DNA of 64,000 nucleotides. Origin: Balanoglossus misakiensis (Eukaryota > Animalia > Hemichordata). Below are positions 1 to 12,667 of this stretch, one piece after another. The position numbers were made by a program, and so were the translations under genes. The DNA lies in the NCBI GenBank assembly GCA_040954595.2, contig CM082581.2, positions 10,043,099 to 10,107,098 of the forward strand, written 5' to 3'. The notes under the pieces are model-generated. The model had not been told where the DNA came from and searched no databases. It saw only the letters and a list, made by a program, of their open reading frames with translations. Within the stretch, counting starts at the first letter, position 1. Each line of letters starts with the position of its first letter.

Positions 1-767
1 ACGCTATCTGGCAGTGGATTGAAGTTGAATCGATTTAAATTTAAGGAATGCACACTTGAACGGTGGAGCGGAACACTCATTTTAGCACTTGAACTTCAGC
101 ATTCAGGATCTCGTATATGATAATGGTACATGAGTTAAACACCAAGTTGGCAAGGACATGTATAAGCAGAGCTCTCCGGGTCTGATCATTTTATTCAGAC
201 AGGTGTGTTGACATCTGTGTTACGCGGAACTATTGGTGAATATTTCTCCCGGATTTGCATTCCCCAACTAGAAATAGAGCTCTCGGCAGTTGGCCAGAAG
301 ACCGACATCGCAAGTAATGAAAAGTGGTATTGCAACACACACAAAAAACAGGAAATTATTTGAACCTAGAAACGGCGCGATTTTCCTTGATTGAATTCAC
401 TGCATGTGGCGGGGATTGGTTTAATTGAGCGAACTTTGCATTAGAGACGCAAGGGGACAATGTAGCCGACAGATTAGCTCTGAGGCTCGGTAAAAATTGG
501 GTAACAATGTTGAGCGATCATCTGGAGGATATTATACCCAAATCAAGGTTCTAAATGAGAAACCCGATTCCCGGGATTTAAAAATAAAATCGCTTTCTAA
601 ATAACCTTGCTTTGAGCAAGGGCATTATGTATAGCTCGCTCCTGGCTATACGCTTTGCTGCATTTGGTGAATGATACACTCCTTTCTTATAAAAGCTCGA
701 ATGACTTGCTCTTGATATATAGGGTAGCCTTCCAGTACGCGTTGTGTCGCCCTCAACGGGGAGAAGG

Positions 768-1409
768 ATGTCTCTCCAAGTTGGCATGAAGGAAGTAAGT
801 GATGCCACAAGAACCATGTCAAGTCAAACACTATGGCATAAAGTCTCACCGGCACATCTCATCACATAATAATCGCACTTTTAGCATAAAAGTAAAAAAA
901 AAAGCATAACTGGTATAAGGGTAGTATCAAGTAGTTTTAGGTTTAGTTTAATTAATGTCGTAATATTCACAAACGTATTCACAGTAGAAATGTAATTATC
1001 ATGCATGTACATTCATTACTGTATATTATAAATCCATCGTTGCACCCAGTAAAGACTTATCATGATAAAACAACCACTAAATATAATAAAAACAAGGGGA
1101 TATTAAACGAATAACCGACTTTCGATTTCTCTTCAATTATTCAGGGCAGTGCAACCAGTACATCCAGTACAGGAAGCAGAAAGGTCTACATGAAAGAGGT
1201 AAGCTTAACACATCAGTCGGCAAAATTAAGGCAGTGGAGATTTTCCTGAAACCATTCCCCTTGAAATAATCGAACTGACATAGGTCGAGTACTTTCAGTG
1301 CGAGGGAGTCGCTTTTATAATGTGTTAGACTTTTGATATGCTATGTCAGTTTTAGTTACCATAAGTGATTCGTTTCGTCTTTTATTTACTATCGCAGCGA
1401 GGACAACGG
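768..1409 (+). CDS. CABCOCO1: Alternative 5' coding exons of CABCOCO1 (27, 54 and 12 nt)
   Basis: 768-794 (MSLQVGMKE|gtaagt), 1145-1198 (ttcag|GSATSTSSTGSRKVYMKE|gtaagc) and 1398-1409 (tcgcag|RGQR|gtaagt). All are phase 0 with strong donors and are in frame with exon 2199. Confidence 0.55.
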
Positions 1410-1561
1410 GTAAGTTGTGTAGATTTTGGTCAGTTGAAACCACAGTTCTACACTGTCAGCCTGTCATCAGTGAGATGAGCAGAATGACGATGCATGTACA
1501 TGATGTAGTGGGTGTCACCCATGTTACCGCGAGATTTGTTTTGGAACTTTACGCATGCGCA

Positions 1562-1575
1562 TTTATCATAGCAAC
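1562..1575 (+). promoter_or_regulatory. RFX X-box-like element upstream of the CABCOCO1 ATG at 1596
   Basis: TTTATCATAGCAAC has a good RFX half-site (ATAGCAAC) about 20 nt before the ATG. RFX control is typical of ciliary genes. Confidence 0.45.
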
Positions 1576-1595
1576 AACTTGCGTATATATCCAAG

Positions 1596-4500
1596 ATGGC
1601 GTCCTCCAGACCTTCTGCGAAGAAAAGCAAATCAAACCAACCCGCGATCCAAAGAAGGGGCTATGGTCCCGAGGCTTACAGAGATATTGATTGGCGAGCA
1701 CTTAGTGTAATTACTGTTCTGTTTAAAATGTTCTCTTTACAATGATTTTTGCGGTTCTGATCATTAGAATTTCGTGTTCGTCAACCATAGACGTGTACTG
1801 CACTACACTTGTAAACACTGCATTTGTTCTGTTGATGTACATGTAAGTTCGACAGATCAGATCTGTCGAAACTACATGTGTGACATCAACACCAAATTAT
1901 GTTATATCAAAGTTATTTAGAGCTTATATGTGCGCTGATGTATGTTTTAGCACCTATCGTCACCCCTGTTTACCATTTTGAACATGGTCTAAGGCTTTCT
2001 TTCTCCAGTGATGAAGGTAGTCTAGAATCTATCCGTTCGTAGACTATGATGAAGGTGACAAAATGAAATGACTTTGCCAGTGCAAGTGTTATAGTGTGTG
2101 CTGTTTAGTTCGTTTCACACTGGTGATTTTGGAAGTACATGTAGTCTGTACATGGATGTTTCACCACCTTTCCTTTTGCATACCTTCATTCCCATTAGGA
2201 TGAGGAAGCAAAAGCCCAGGAAAGAGAGGGCTCAATGGCATGGAAGGTTCTGTCCAATACACAAATGCAAGTGTTGCATGATCTCTCAGTGGAAGAACTT
2301 GAAAAGTAAGTGTGTAGAGGGTTGCAGGGTTGCAATCAGAGAGTGATCATGTTATATGTGAGAACTCTGATAGGTATCAAACTAAAGATGAGCACATTGA
2401 ATCAGACAGCATTCAAAGAAATGGGTCTGTAATGGACAACTGCAACATTGCTTAATAGTTATTGTAAGTGTTAGAGGTGATGGTATAATTGACAAATTCT
2501 AATTTTTCTTTTTAGAAAATTAGCAGAAATCCTGAAGCTGACATCTAATCACATCAACCTTGATGAAGGCGTTCTTTTAGACTTGTATGTGACTGGTTTC
2601 TGGTGGGCCAAGGAACAGAACTTCACCATACAACAGATATCAGGATTCATTACGGTCATTCACACACTCATTAATAACATCAAAGGTGAGACAACATGTC
2701 AGAGAGGCAGGAATGCAGTCATCATAATTGCGAAACAATCTTTTCCTTTTAAAGAAAAAATATGGCCACGTTATTTCAGTACTTCCGAGGACAAGATCTG
2801 TCATTCAAGGGCGCTCCCTGCAGGGGAGCATAGAGAGCGCCTTTGCACAACAGATCTTTTACTCTGAGTTACAACGTATAAAAACTATAGAGGGCATAAT
2901 TCATTAGACAGCATCATGTGCAGTAAAATACTAAATTGATATCATGCCAGAATTGTGGCACAATCTTTACTAGTCAAGGTCGGCCAAGGTCAGCCCCTCG
3001 CTTAGGACAGACAAAGCCCAATTTTTTCCATGAGTAATTATTGTTTCAAAGCCAACTGTGTATTTTTGATTTGGGGAAAGATTTAATTTTTACTCAAGGG
3101 AGAGTCTGACTATCTTTTGTTTGTATACAGAGAAAAAGATGACAGTTGTTGATAATTTACGGGAATTCAAGAAAATGGTGGCTGGTGTCGGGAACGAGAA
3201 TGCTGAATTTACAGGAGGGCTTGACTTTTTTGACATCAGCCAAGCAAAAACAGTGTCAGATTATCTTAAAAAAACGTAAGTATTTGAATGATGTGTATAT
3301 CTATGCGGCACAATTTTGCTGTTGCCTGTCAGTATTACAAATATCATGTGTTACTTTGTGAGATACATAGTCAAATTTTCTCTCAAATAGCAATACATGA
3401 ATGTACTTATTCATATTAATGTTTCTGTCTTTTGCCCCCTTGAAACTCTGTAGGTTATTCCAACATTACAAACTCTATGAATTCTTATTCCACCATGAAA
3501 GAGAAGAACAAATAGTTTGCAGAGAAGTAAGTATGCATTGTATTCTTACATTCCATTTTATGGTCTCAAGAGATCCAGTGATTATTATTATCCTATCTGC
3601 CAAAAAATGATACAACAAATCTATGACAATAAAAATCAATGTGGATTAGTTTGCTGTCTTGAACTAATAGTACATTGGTCTGGCTACATAGAGATTGAGA
3701 GATTGAAACGTGATTACATGTCCAGGTGTATGTACTATATCTCTGTGTATATCTACATGTACGTACATGTTTGTATGGGTTATAAAATAACATGTATGTT
3801 CTTGTATCACTTAAATTATTGCTGTATTGTCTTGTTTCTCTCCATCAAGCGCTTTTTACCCGTGTGTGGTGGACCCCCTATGTTCATGTGTATACGTAAA
3901 CCCATTTCTTTCTTTACAGTAAACATTTTACAACAAAGCCAAAATGGAAACTTAATATTTTACACTCTTTTGAAAAAAAAATATTTTCTAAGAAATTCCT
4001 TTCTTTTCATCAGCTCGTTTGTGTATTTCAGTTAAAACTTTTGAGATAGTCTGTGTCTCTTTTAGCATGTGATGTCCGGGGTACTAGTAAATAATATTTG
4101 TTTCATTTCTTCAAACTTTTCTGACGGTTCTGTTCTCAGGACAAAGTAAGTAACGTCATCAGTAAGTTGGTGGATTTGGATTTGGTGTGTTTGTGATCCA
4201 TACTCTTAATTTTGTAACACTTTTTTTCTTTCACTAATTATCCTATGGTGGTGCACCAGACTAACGAGTCAAAGAATTTTTCTAAGGGTGGTGTCTTCAT
4301 AACTTTTTGGTGTAAAATTTCACGTTTGTCTCATCCTGTGGTAATTCAATTATGTAAAAGTTTTTGAAATCATAAGTGTATGTTTGCCACTCAGATTAAG
4401 GCATTACATGTAAACGAATTTCATTTCAGTGTAAGGTAACACGTATGCCAGTTGTAATGCAAAGATGTTCTATTGGTTGTAAAAAGCAATAAAATGGCTA

Positions 4501-7236
4501 TGATTTGCATGATGGCATTCAATGCATGGCTTCAGATAAAAATCGGACAGTGGGCCAACTGTGTTTACAGCCATTTTACAAATAGTGCATGGTTTGCATA
4601 CCAAGGACCAGTGACTTAATTTTCAAACTTTCTCAGATCCTTGTCAAGCAAACCTTTTTTCATACGGTTAAAGAGATGCGTCGGTCTCAATATGAGATTC
4701 AAAACTGCACAATACTTGTCAGTGTGGCAGGGTGGATTTCTCCTGAAAACAGGATTTTCTGTTAACCACTATAATTTCTTTTGAAATTGCAGCTGTTAAT
4801 AGAAGTTTTACCCAAAGCTGATTTGCCTTACCCACCACCGCTGGATGAAGGCATAGCAGAGGAGATCTATAATAGTCACATAGCCACACCCGCTTCGACA
4901 CCAGGGGCTGATGGCGAAGAGACAGAGCAAGGAACAGAAGGTGATCAAGAAACAGCTGCAGAAGGTAAATAAATAGTCCATCTACATGTACCAGGAATTC
5001 AAAGGATATCCAAGTGTGTTGTTCAAAATTGTTGCGTACAATTTTGTTTTGTTCTCTGACTTGGAATGGATAGGTTGAAAATCAAACACACTAAAAGAAT
5101 ATTAACCTGAGCTGATAAAAAATGTGAAAAACTCATGGTTGGTACTTGTAATCTGTATTAACTATTATGAAAAATAGATGTCCCGTAATGGGCTATTTTA
5201 CGATCGGCAAAATTGTGATTTTTTCCCAAATGAATGTTTTTTGTTCGTAGTTCCGTCACCTAGTCCATCAGCAGTATCACCAGTGGTTGACATTGTTGAA
5301 AGTGAAGGTCTGTTTTGAAGATAACATTCGTGTGTGGCAATTTAAAAAAATCCACCCTATTAAACATACATCTTCTTTTTGCCATTTCATTCAAATTTGC
5401 ATTTCAGTGGTAGCAGGAATACATCAATGCATGTTACAACTAATTTATTCCCTATCATTAACTTCCATATGATAATTCTTGGTATTCTTTGACTGATAAT
5501 GTGTTTTGTGTGTTTCCCCTCCTTTTTTTCTGGTTTTCATCTAAGTCTTTCTGTCCCTAATTTTCCTGTTTGATTCCTACCAGTTCAGGAAAGTTTCACT
5601 TGGACATATCTGTGACAGTGTCATATTGACCTTCAACCCTTTGCACCCTGACACCTGGTGATCTATGACACCACTAAGAAGTTTTCTTGAGAACCGGACT
5701 CAAAGGGTTCATTTACATGGCATCTGCCATGTGCATTCTAAGATCCTTGATTTCCTCACTTTCATTACAAGGATACACGTTATACCCAAATGGTCAGAGA
5801 TGCCCAACATCTGGGGATACACTTAATTCTTATATACACCATCATTCCTATACATACACGAACCAAAATGGCACCTATCACAAAAAAAAACATATTACCC
5901 CCATCATCACCATGGTTTACCCAACTGGTGCCAGCAGTTACCAAGGTATAGAGTGACGTCCCATCACCGACAGAAATGTAATACCCTGTCACCAGGATAC
6001 ACATACCCAACCAGTACACCATCACAAAAACCCATATAACTAGGTTATATACCTAAATCTTACACCTTCATTTCCAGGATATACATATCCCAAACACACT
6101 TCATAAAATAAACTGTTATTAAATATGATCTCTCTGATTGACCTCCTTCTGACTTCAATATGCATGATGCATGGGCTTGGTTGGTTTTAAGGTAGTGTTG
6201 GGTGTTAAGTTAAACAAATCAAGTGAAGTTTAAAACTTTGGTGATCATAGTGTACAGTACAGTCTTTCATTTGTTGATTTTGTTGACTTCCCTAGGTGGG
6301 CCATCGACGCCGGCAGTGGACCCCCTAGACGGAGTGACTGCAGCTGATGTCAGGAGGATAATGGATGAAGTGGCAAAAGAAATGTTGGGAGGTTTACAGG
6401 TGAGTCACATCATATTGACAATATCCACATGTTGACATTATGGTGGCAATAACAGGAAATTACAGTGTTTTAACCCATACTATCAGTCCCTGTCATGTTG
6501 ACAAACCTCATCAAAGTTCAAAAATTAGAAAAAATATGTAACATTTTGAACTTCAGTTCATGAATTGATATCATAGTGAAAACTTTACATCTCTGTACAT
6601 TAAATATCTTAGTTCCCACTGTCTACAAGGCCATCTCAACATGCTTCAGATGTTTCAGTCACACCACCTAACCACAAAATATAAAAAAAGCAACCTTCGA
6701 ACTTTATCCTTTGCTCGCTGGGCGTTATCAATATAGGTTAGACAATTGAACAATGCTGGCATTGGATGTTTTGGCACGATGTGTTGCTACGCTCCCCAGG
6801 GTGTTGTTGACAAATATGCTGATGATGATAGGTCCCAAATTAGAACTTTAATTTTGAGATGCTTATCACGCTTTTCGTAAAAATAATCAGTGTACCTTGG
6901 CCACCCTGGACAATAAAAGTTTGAGAAAATATTGATTTATAAGAAAAATGTCGGTCATGTGTTCTGATTTAAAACACGTCACCTTATAAAAAGAACAATT
7001 AGAACATCTTAACTTTTTGTCACCATTCATTCTCCAACGTGATGTTTCAGTTAATGTTTGTTGAGAATGAGAGAAAATGTTTTTAAAAATGTCCTTGTAA
7101 ATTGTCAGTATTCATAACTTTAACCAAAACGTTTCCTTTTTTGTATTTTCAGAATGATGTCGCCAAAAAACTGAAAGAACGGGAATCTGAGATAATTCAG
7201 AGGATCAACAAAATACACAGAATAGCTGATTCGTAA
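1596..7236 (+). CDS. CABCOCO1: Ciliary-associated calcium-binding coiled-coil protein 1 (CABCOCO1/C10orf107-like, CLAMP / flagellar C1a-32 family), spliced
   Basis: Core exons 2199-2305, 2516-2685, 3131-3275, 3454-3526, 4793-4964, 6296-6399 and 7153-7236(TAA) all have AG/GT ends and join in frame (855 nt). The translation contains LLDLYVTGFWWAKEQNFTIQQISGF, LFQHYKLYEFLFHHEREE and PYPPPLDEGI, matching the CABCOCO1 motifs I recall. The first exon 1596-1706 (MASSRPSAKKSK..., Kozak-like CAAGATGGCG, weak GTAATT donor) is less certain. AATAAA at 7578. Confidence 0.88.
1831..1890. repeat. 60-bp imperfect palindrome / hairpin in a CABCOCO1 intron
   Basis: Perfect core TTCGACAGATC-A-GATCTGTCGAA (1848-1870), extended by ACATGTA/TACATGT and GTTGATGT/ACATCAAC arms. 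Confidence 0.8.
2009..2055. mobile_element. Ultra-short (29 bp) TIR insertion with 9-bp target-site duplication
   Basis: TGATGAAGG (2009-2017), then TAGTCTA...TAGACTA (2018-2046), then TGATGAAGG (2047-2055). Confidence 0.65.
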
Positions 7237-9504
7237 TGTAACAAGGAACAGACAAGACTTCCCAGGAAATAGACATGTTTCTGTGGGTTTTTTACAACCG
7301 GACAGAAAGAGACAATTTAATCATGTCATGCAAAATTATACTATATTCTAGTCTGACAAGGTTCATACTTGTCTCGCCCATCCTTTCATGTACATAAGCC
7401 CCATCGGTATAGACTGTGTATAAAAATTCAGAAATACATTTCTGTTGATTTGTGATTTGTAGTTTTCAGTTTTCATGAGACATTGTTCTTTTTATGTCAC
7501 CACACCAGTCTGTATATACTATGCTGATCTGCACATAAGTTTTACATATTCACATTGTAAATACAATCCATTGTTGTAATAAACTTGTATATCTCAACTT
7601 GAATTCATTGCCAAGTCAAGGTGGTCTTTACTATGCTAAACTTGGGAAGATATCTGAGTTTGTGAGTACGATATTAGCAAATCGGCCTTGACTATTTCCT
7701 GTGGTGTTAATACAACTGTGAAAGTGTAGGCTGAAGGATTCTGCAAGGAAGTTGGTGAGAAACGCTTTAGGCTATTGGCGCTAAGGTTGGTCTCTGGGTG
7801 AGATATTCATGAAAATTACAGCTGTTTTGTCAGGCACGAAAGAATGTTAACTTGCATTCACTGATGAACTACATTGCGTGTCAATAACCTCACTCGCAGT
7901 TTACATATCGCAGATCGTTCGACAAAATAAATCTTAATCGATTCGACAGCGGCATTTTAAGTAGGGTCTATTAAAGCGTGAGAGGGCTAGGAATCATGGT
8001 TCAAGGAGTCCAGCCAACAATCTCCGATATACTGGCATTATCTGATATGGCTGCATGCAACGTCCCCTGTATTCACCTTTGAATAGAATTTGATGAACAG
8101 CCAGATTAGACGTGTCCAGTTTGTGATATATCGTAAACAGGTTGGATGGTGGACTCCTGATTCCTGTTCACTAGCTCTTCCGACCGAGGAATGCCCACAC
8201 TTGTGATAAGGTGTGAGTGGTCCCTGACACGTCGCAGACTTCATCCATCCTCAAATAGAGGATGTTTAAAAAGTTATTTTCATCATCTATTTCATTTAAA
8301 ATTGGCTTGGATTCCAGTGTTTCAATTTGCAGGCACAAGTTAATTTTTCTTAATTGTTTGATTTTTGTCCACGGACCAATCGACCCATCTCTTACAACGA
8401 AAAACAAATAAGGTCAACCTTGAAATGGCATTCTGCAACAAACACAATAAATTGTTTTCACGGCCTTGGAAATTTCCATTCTTAAGTAGCTTGTCCAATT
8501 GAGACAATGCAGACTTTCTTGTAAACCTTGTAAATCATGGAGATGAATTGGTGTTGAAGGCTGCAGCCCAGTATATATGAAGCCACAGAAAATTTGTGAA
8601 GACAAAATTATTGAAATACATGTATCGCTAGGGATATAAAGGTGAGTGGGTCTTAGGCACAATTTCTAAGTTTCAATCATTTTGTACTTTTTACTCTAAT
8701 ATGGTTTTAGCATTCTGTCTCAGAGCCCCTGAGCATATAGATATATAGGGTTGTATTACGTCTCCATCACGGAGAAAAGATCACTTCTGAATCAGTTTGC
8801 CACTTTAACCTGCTTCAAGTCACGTTTGCCTTTGAACTTGACAAATTATAATCCTGACCCGCTTTTTACCCGAACTCCCAAAATAACCCCCAATTTCCAG
8901 GTCAACAACCACGAAACATTTGACCTACTGGGGGAGCACGTGGGAGAAACTTTGTTCTGTGTCTATTTCAACCAATGTCGATCTCAGTCAGTTTCTTAAC
9001 TGGAAGGAAAGTTCATCACCCTGGCTTACGGGAGGTACTGGTAGATCTCTAAGGGTCACTTCAGCAACTGTTGAGTGGGGAGGTAGAGTTTATGGAATAA
9101 TTTGTCGAAATCCCCAGATTCCGAAACTTTTGCACCAGTTCTCTCATAATTAGCGTACTATTTTACCCCCGCATTTAATTGACTCTAAAAAGTCTAGATT
9201 CGGTTGGTGAAATTAGGGTTATCCAAACCCCACACATTTTTGGCTCGACCGGTTAAGCAACCAACTTCCTTCACAGTTGAAGATGGTTGTATATGCCTAG
9301 GAATTTTAAAGATAGCATGGTATGCATAAATACCCTGTGGTTAGAATTATTGCCAGCTTCCTTGCTGTGTTAATAGTCTTGTTTCTATTACCGTGATTGT
9401 CCAATCTATATAAGGGATCTGTTTGAATTTGACCAAAGTACGGTTGTAGATCCTTCAATCAAGTCCGGAGTTCATAAGGGTAAATATCACGTGTCCACCA
9501 AGAG

Positions 9505-9513
9505 TATATAAAA
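9505..9513 (+). promoter_or_regulatory. TATA box of secreted LDLa-like gene A
   Basis: TATATAAAA with a CACGTG E-box at 9488-9493, about 200 nt upstream of the signal-peptide exon. Confidence 0.5.
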
Positions 9514-9710
9514 TGCCGTCCAAAATTGGCAAGGGTTGCCCGCGCCTAGATGCAGTTGGTCGACTAAATTAAAAACAAGTGATTATTATGGTCTTTACTG
9601 TTTCTCTGTCCTATATCAGATGCATTTTACAACGGAATAATCATTGAATCAGTCCAACGTAAATCTGAACCTAAACCACATGAACCATGGGGATTACATT
9701 ACTTTCAGTG

Positions 9711-12667
9711 ATGAAAGTCAGCATATGCGTACAGTTACTCTGCGTACTATCTGTGCAAGGTTATGTTCTAAAACGAGCTCAGGTAAGCATATTTGGCATT
9801 TTCTCAGTAAATTATTGTCTCACTATGCGTCATCAGTATGTGATAACGTATTTCACGACAGGTGATCGAGGCATAATTTCTTCGCATATTTCGCGGCTAG
9901 GGGCATAAAACCAGGTCGAATTGATGCTCGACCTATCGACAATCCCAAAACGGGTAGGGCACTTCAGAAACCAAGAAGCTATATCAGTTTAGCTAATCAA
10001 ACAGAGATTTTTTAAAACGCAAATAGTCCAACACGTGGTAGTGTCCAATTGCACTATAAAAATGGCTGCTTAATAGTTGTTGTGAGTTTTCTTTTTAAAA
10101 TATGTGTTTTAGTTGTTTTCTGAAGCTGTTGGGTCGTATTAAAACTGTTTAGTTCCAAGGCGAGAAAATTCCAAAGACGTGGCGTGGCGTTGAACACGTA
10201 CGCGAGAAACCGCGCCAGACATACACGTGTAGTATGTTCTGATTTATAGTTTAGAAAATTTATGCAATCTTTATTGCGTGAGCGAAGTTCACGAGATATT
10301 GATTTCAGATGAAATAGATTTGATATGTAACTGATCATTCAACTGTTGGCACGTGTTGGGTAAATCTTTTTCCTCGATTGTGAAGCCGCGATATCACGGC
10401 GCCACCAAAGTTGATTTTGTTAATTTTCACGAGAAAAAATCAAAGTGGACTCACTTATATGGCGAACCGATAACTACATTTGTATTATTTGTTCCTCTGC
10501 TTCGATTTATTTGCGGACCTAAGATGCTTAACACTATTATTTCAACCAAATAACCTTCCTTATTTTTGAAATGCTCTCATCAGCAGAATTTTATTTTGTC
10601 TGCAATGCTATCTTAGAAATCTCAAAGATTGGTTCTACTCATTTCTGGACAAGACTTGAATGACATCATTATTAAAACTAGCTCTCCCATCTTTAGCAGA
10701 CTCTCCTGGAGAAAACTGACAACGAAGATGCAAATGGTTTCTTAGCAACTGAAGAGGAGGCATGGGAATTTTTAGGCATAAAGCGTGAGTACTTTTATAT
10801 TTGCCGCGAGATACAATATGACAATTGGATGGGAATTATATATACTCCGATTTGTGACTCTGGTTCTCCGTGCTTCCGTCATTTTGCCTCCCACCATATA
10901 TCGATTTTCCAGCCGGACAATCGATTGCCACGGATGTTCTCTGCCATTCACGCATCCACGTTGAAGAATTCATCGCACAAACCAAACAGGCAGTTGAAAC
11001 CTGATCGATCTCCACAAAAAAAGAATCCCCACAAAAGCGAAAGTCGATTTGTAAATTTATTTAAAGGCTGTCCGGCGTGGGAGTCTCATCTTCCACTGTT
11101 ATAAGACTTGGTGCGAAAGGCAGGAAATGAAATGCCGATGGGTTCAGTTTAGTAGCACGTTGACATTACATCATTTTAAAGTTTGCCACTAACATTTATT
11201 TGTCGCCACACATACACCGGACACCGTTACATTTAACGTTATCTTGATGACGTCATAGCAAAGTTAAGTGACGACATCTGCACATTTATGAGTAGCGTGG
11301 ATCGGATATACAACGTCAATATATACGATACTTTTCTCTCCTACCAGCTAATGTTTAAATTTAAAGAAAAACAAATAAAATGGTCCGAATGTGTTTTTTT
11401 TGTAAGCATGGACTAGATGCAAAGAAGAATCCCATCCTATCATGAAAACGTCGTTTTTAGGGTTGATTTTTTGAAAACGCAAATGCTCTGTCTGGGCTTG
11501 GTCGGAATAGTCAGCTCTGTTTGACAACTGTGCTTTTACAGGTCAAACCAAAACGTGTTTCTTTTCCAGTAGCGTACCAGCAAGGATTCGTTCAATATAC
11601 GGAGATTTTTAACGTTTTAGGTTGCGATACTGGCCCCGGATTACAATGTTTCTTTCATGGATCGGACTCGTCGCAATGCTTCGACGGAATAGACGCAGTG
11701 TGTGACGGAATCGTGGATTGCAGATGCCGGGAAGACGAGGAACTCTGTCTAACAGACGAGACAAAAACTGTTTGCGCTTGGAAAGATATGATCACGTCAT
11801 TGCGAGTACAAGGTAGCCTTGTTAAATCATACATAGGGGGAAACATTCTATGACAATATAATTCAACTGTGCGTCATTGAAGTAATTAAAAAACGTCTTT
11901 AACTTTTAAGCAAATGAATAATGAAATGATAAACCGTGATTAATTTGGGGATACTGATTAAAAGACTACAAACTGATTTCACTTATTTTGCATTGACGGT
12001 TATTTTTCTGTTAATTCCAAGGAATTCCTCACTTCGGCTATGGCAACTTGGATAATTTGGCTTTTGAGATGTTCTGGATGGCGGGATTAGATCAACGTAC
12101 GTAAGTTGGCATTAACACAGCGCTGTGGTGCGTGATTATATACTACATTGTCTTGTACATAGTAAACAAATTAACCTGGAACTGTATCGTTTGTACTTGT
12201 GTTATGTTTTTGCCCGATACAAGCCCCAATTAAAATGATTCTATTTTTCCGTGGCAGTTTGTCCACCTGACGAGGAAGGAATCAGCAAACTGCGTTGTCA
12301 TAGCGACCCAAAGGTGTGCTTCTCACTCGACGAGTTGTGTGATGGCGCCCGTCAATGCGACCGGGTCTGCAACCGACTATTTGGCACTGATCAAGCTTGT
12401 GCAAGCGACGAAGACAAGCAGACGTGTAACATGAAAGACACTTTTGAGTACTTCATGACTGATGGTACGGTACAAATAATATTTTTCTCATAACAAATAT
12501 AATATATAGAAGCCATTAAATACCGGCCATTATTCCAGAGATTTTTAAAAAAATATTTTGCCTCAAATTGCTAAATTACTTTTAAGATGCAATTTCTCAA
12601 GATTTTTTCAGTGGATAGAAGTCGGCTAGATTTACTACATTTTGGCTGTATAACTTTTTCCCCGTGA
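9711..12667 (+). CDS. Secreted protein (228 aa) with two atypical 8-Cys LDLa-like modules, gene A
   Basis: Exons 9711-9782 (signal peptide MKVSICVQLLCVLSVQG-YVLKRAQ), 10700-10784, 11621-11812 (CDTGPGLQC...VCDGIVDCRC...CLTDETKTVC), 12022-12096, 12258-12464 (CPPDEE...LCDGARQCDRVC...CASDEDKQTC) and 12612-12667(TGA). The total is 687 nt, in frame, with GT-AG introns. CDG..DC and DE..C are LDLa hallmarks. AATAAA at about 12826. Confidence 0.8.
10054..10338 (-). mobile_element. Decayed 3' end of a non-LTR (L2/CR1-group) retrotransposon ORF2, in an intron of gene A
   Basis: YISNLF...RELRS...ATPRLWNFL...QLQKTTKTHIL resembles the R.LRS...P.LWN.LP...FK..LKTHL C-terminal motif of L2/CR1 ORF2. Confidence 0.55.

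Noticed and set aside
3517-4035. 172-aa ORF
   Set aside because: Low-complexity AT/TG-rich intron of CABCOCO1; composition is not protein-like.
8150-8205. tRNA-like / SINE head on the - strand
   Set aside because: Only a degenerate A-box-like segment; no B box or cloverleaf.
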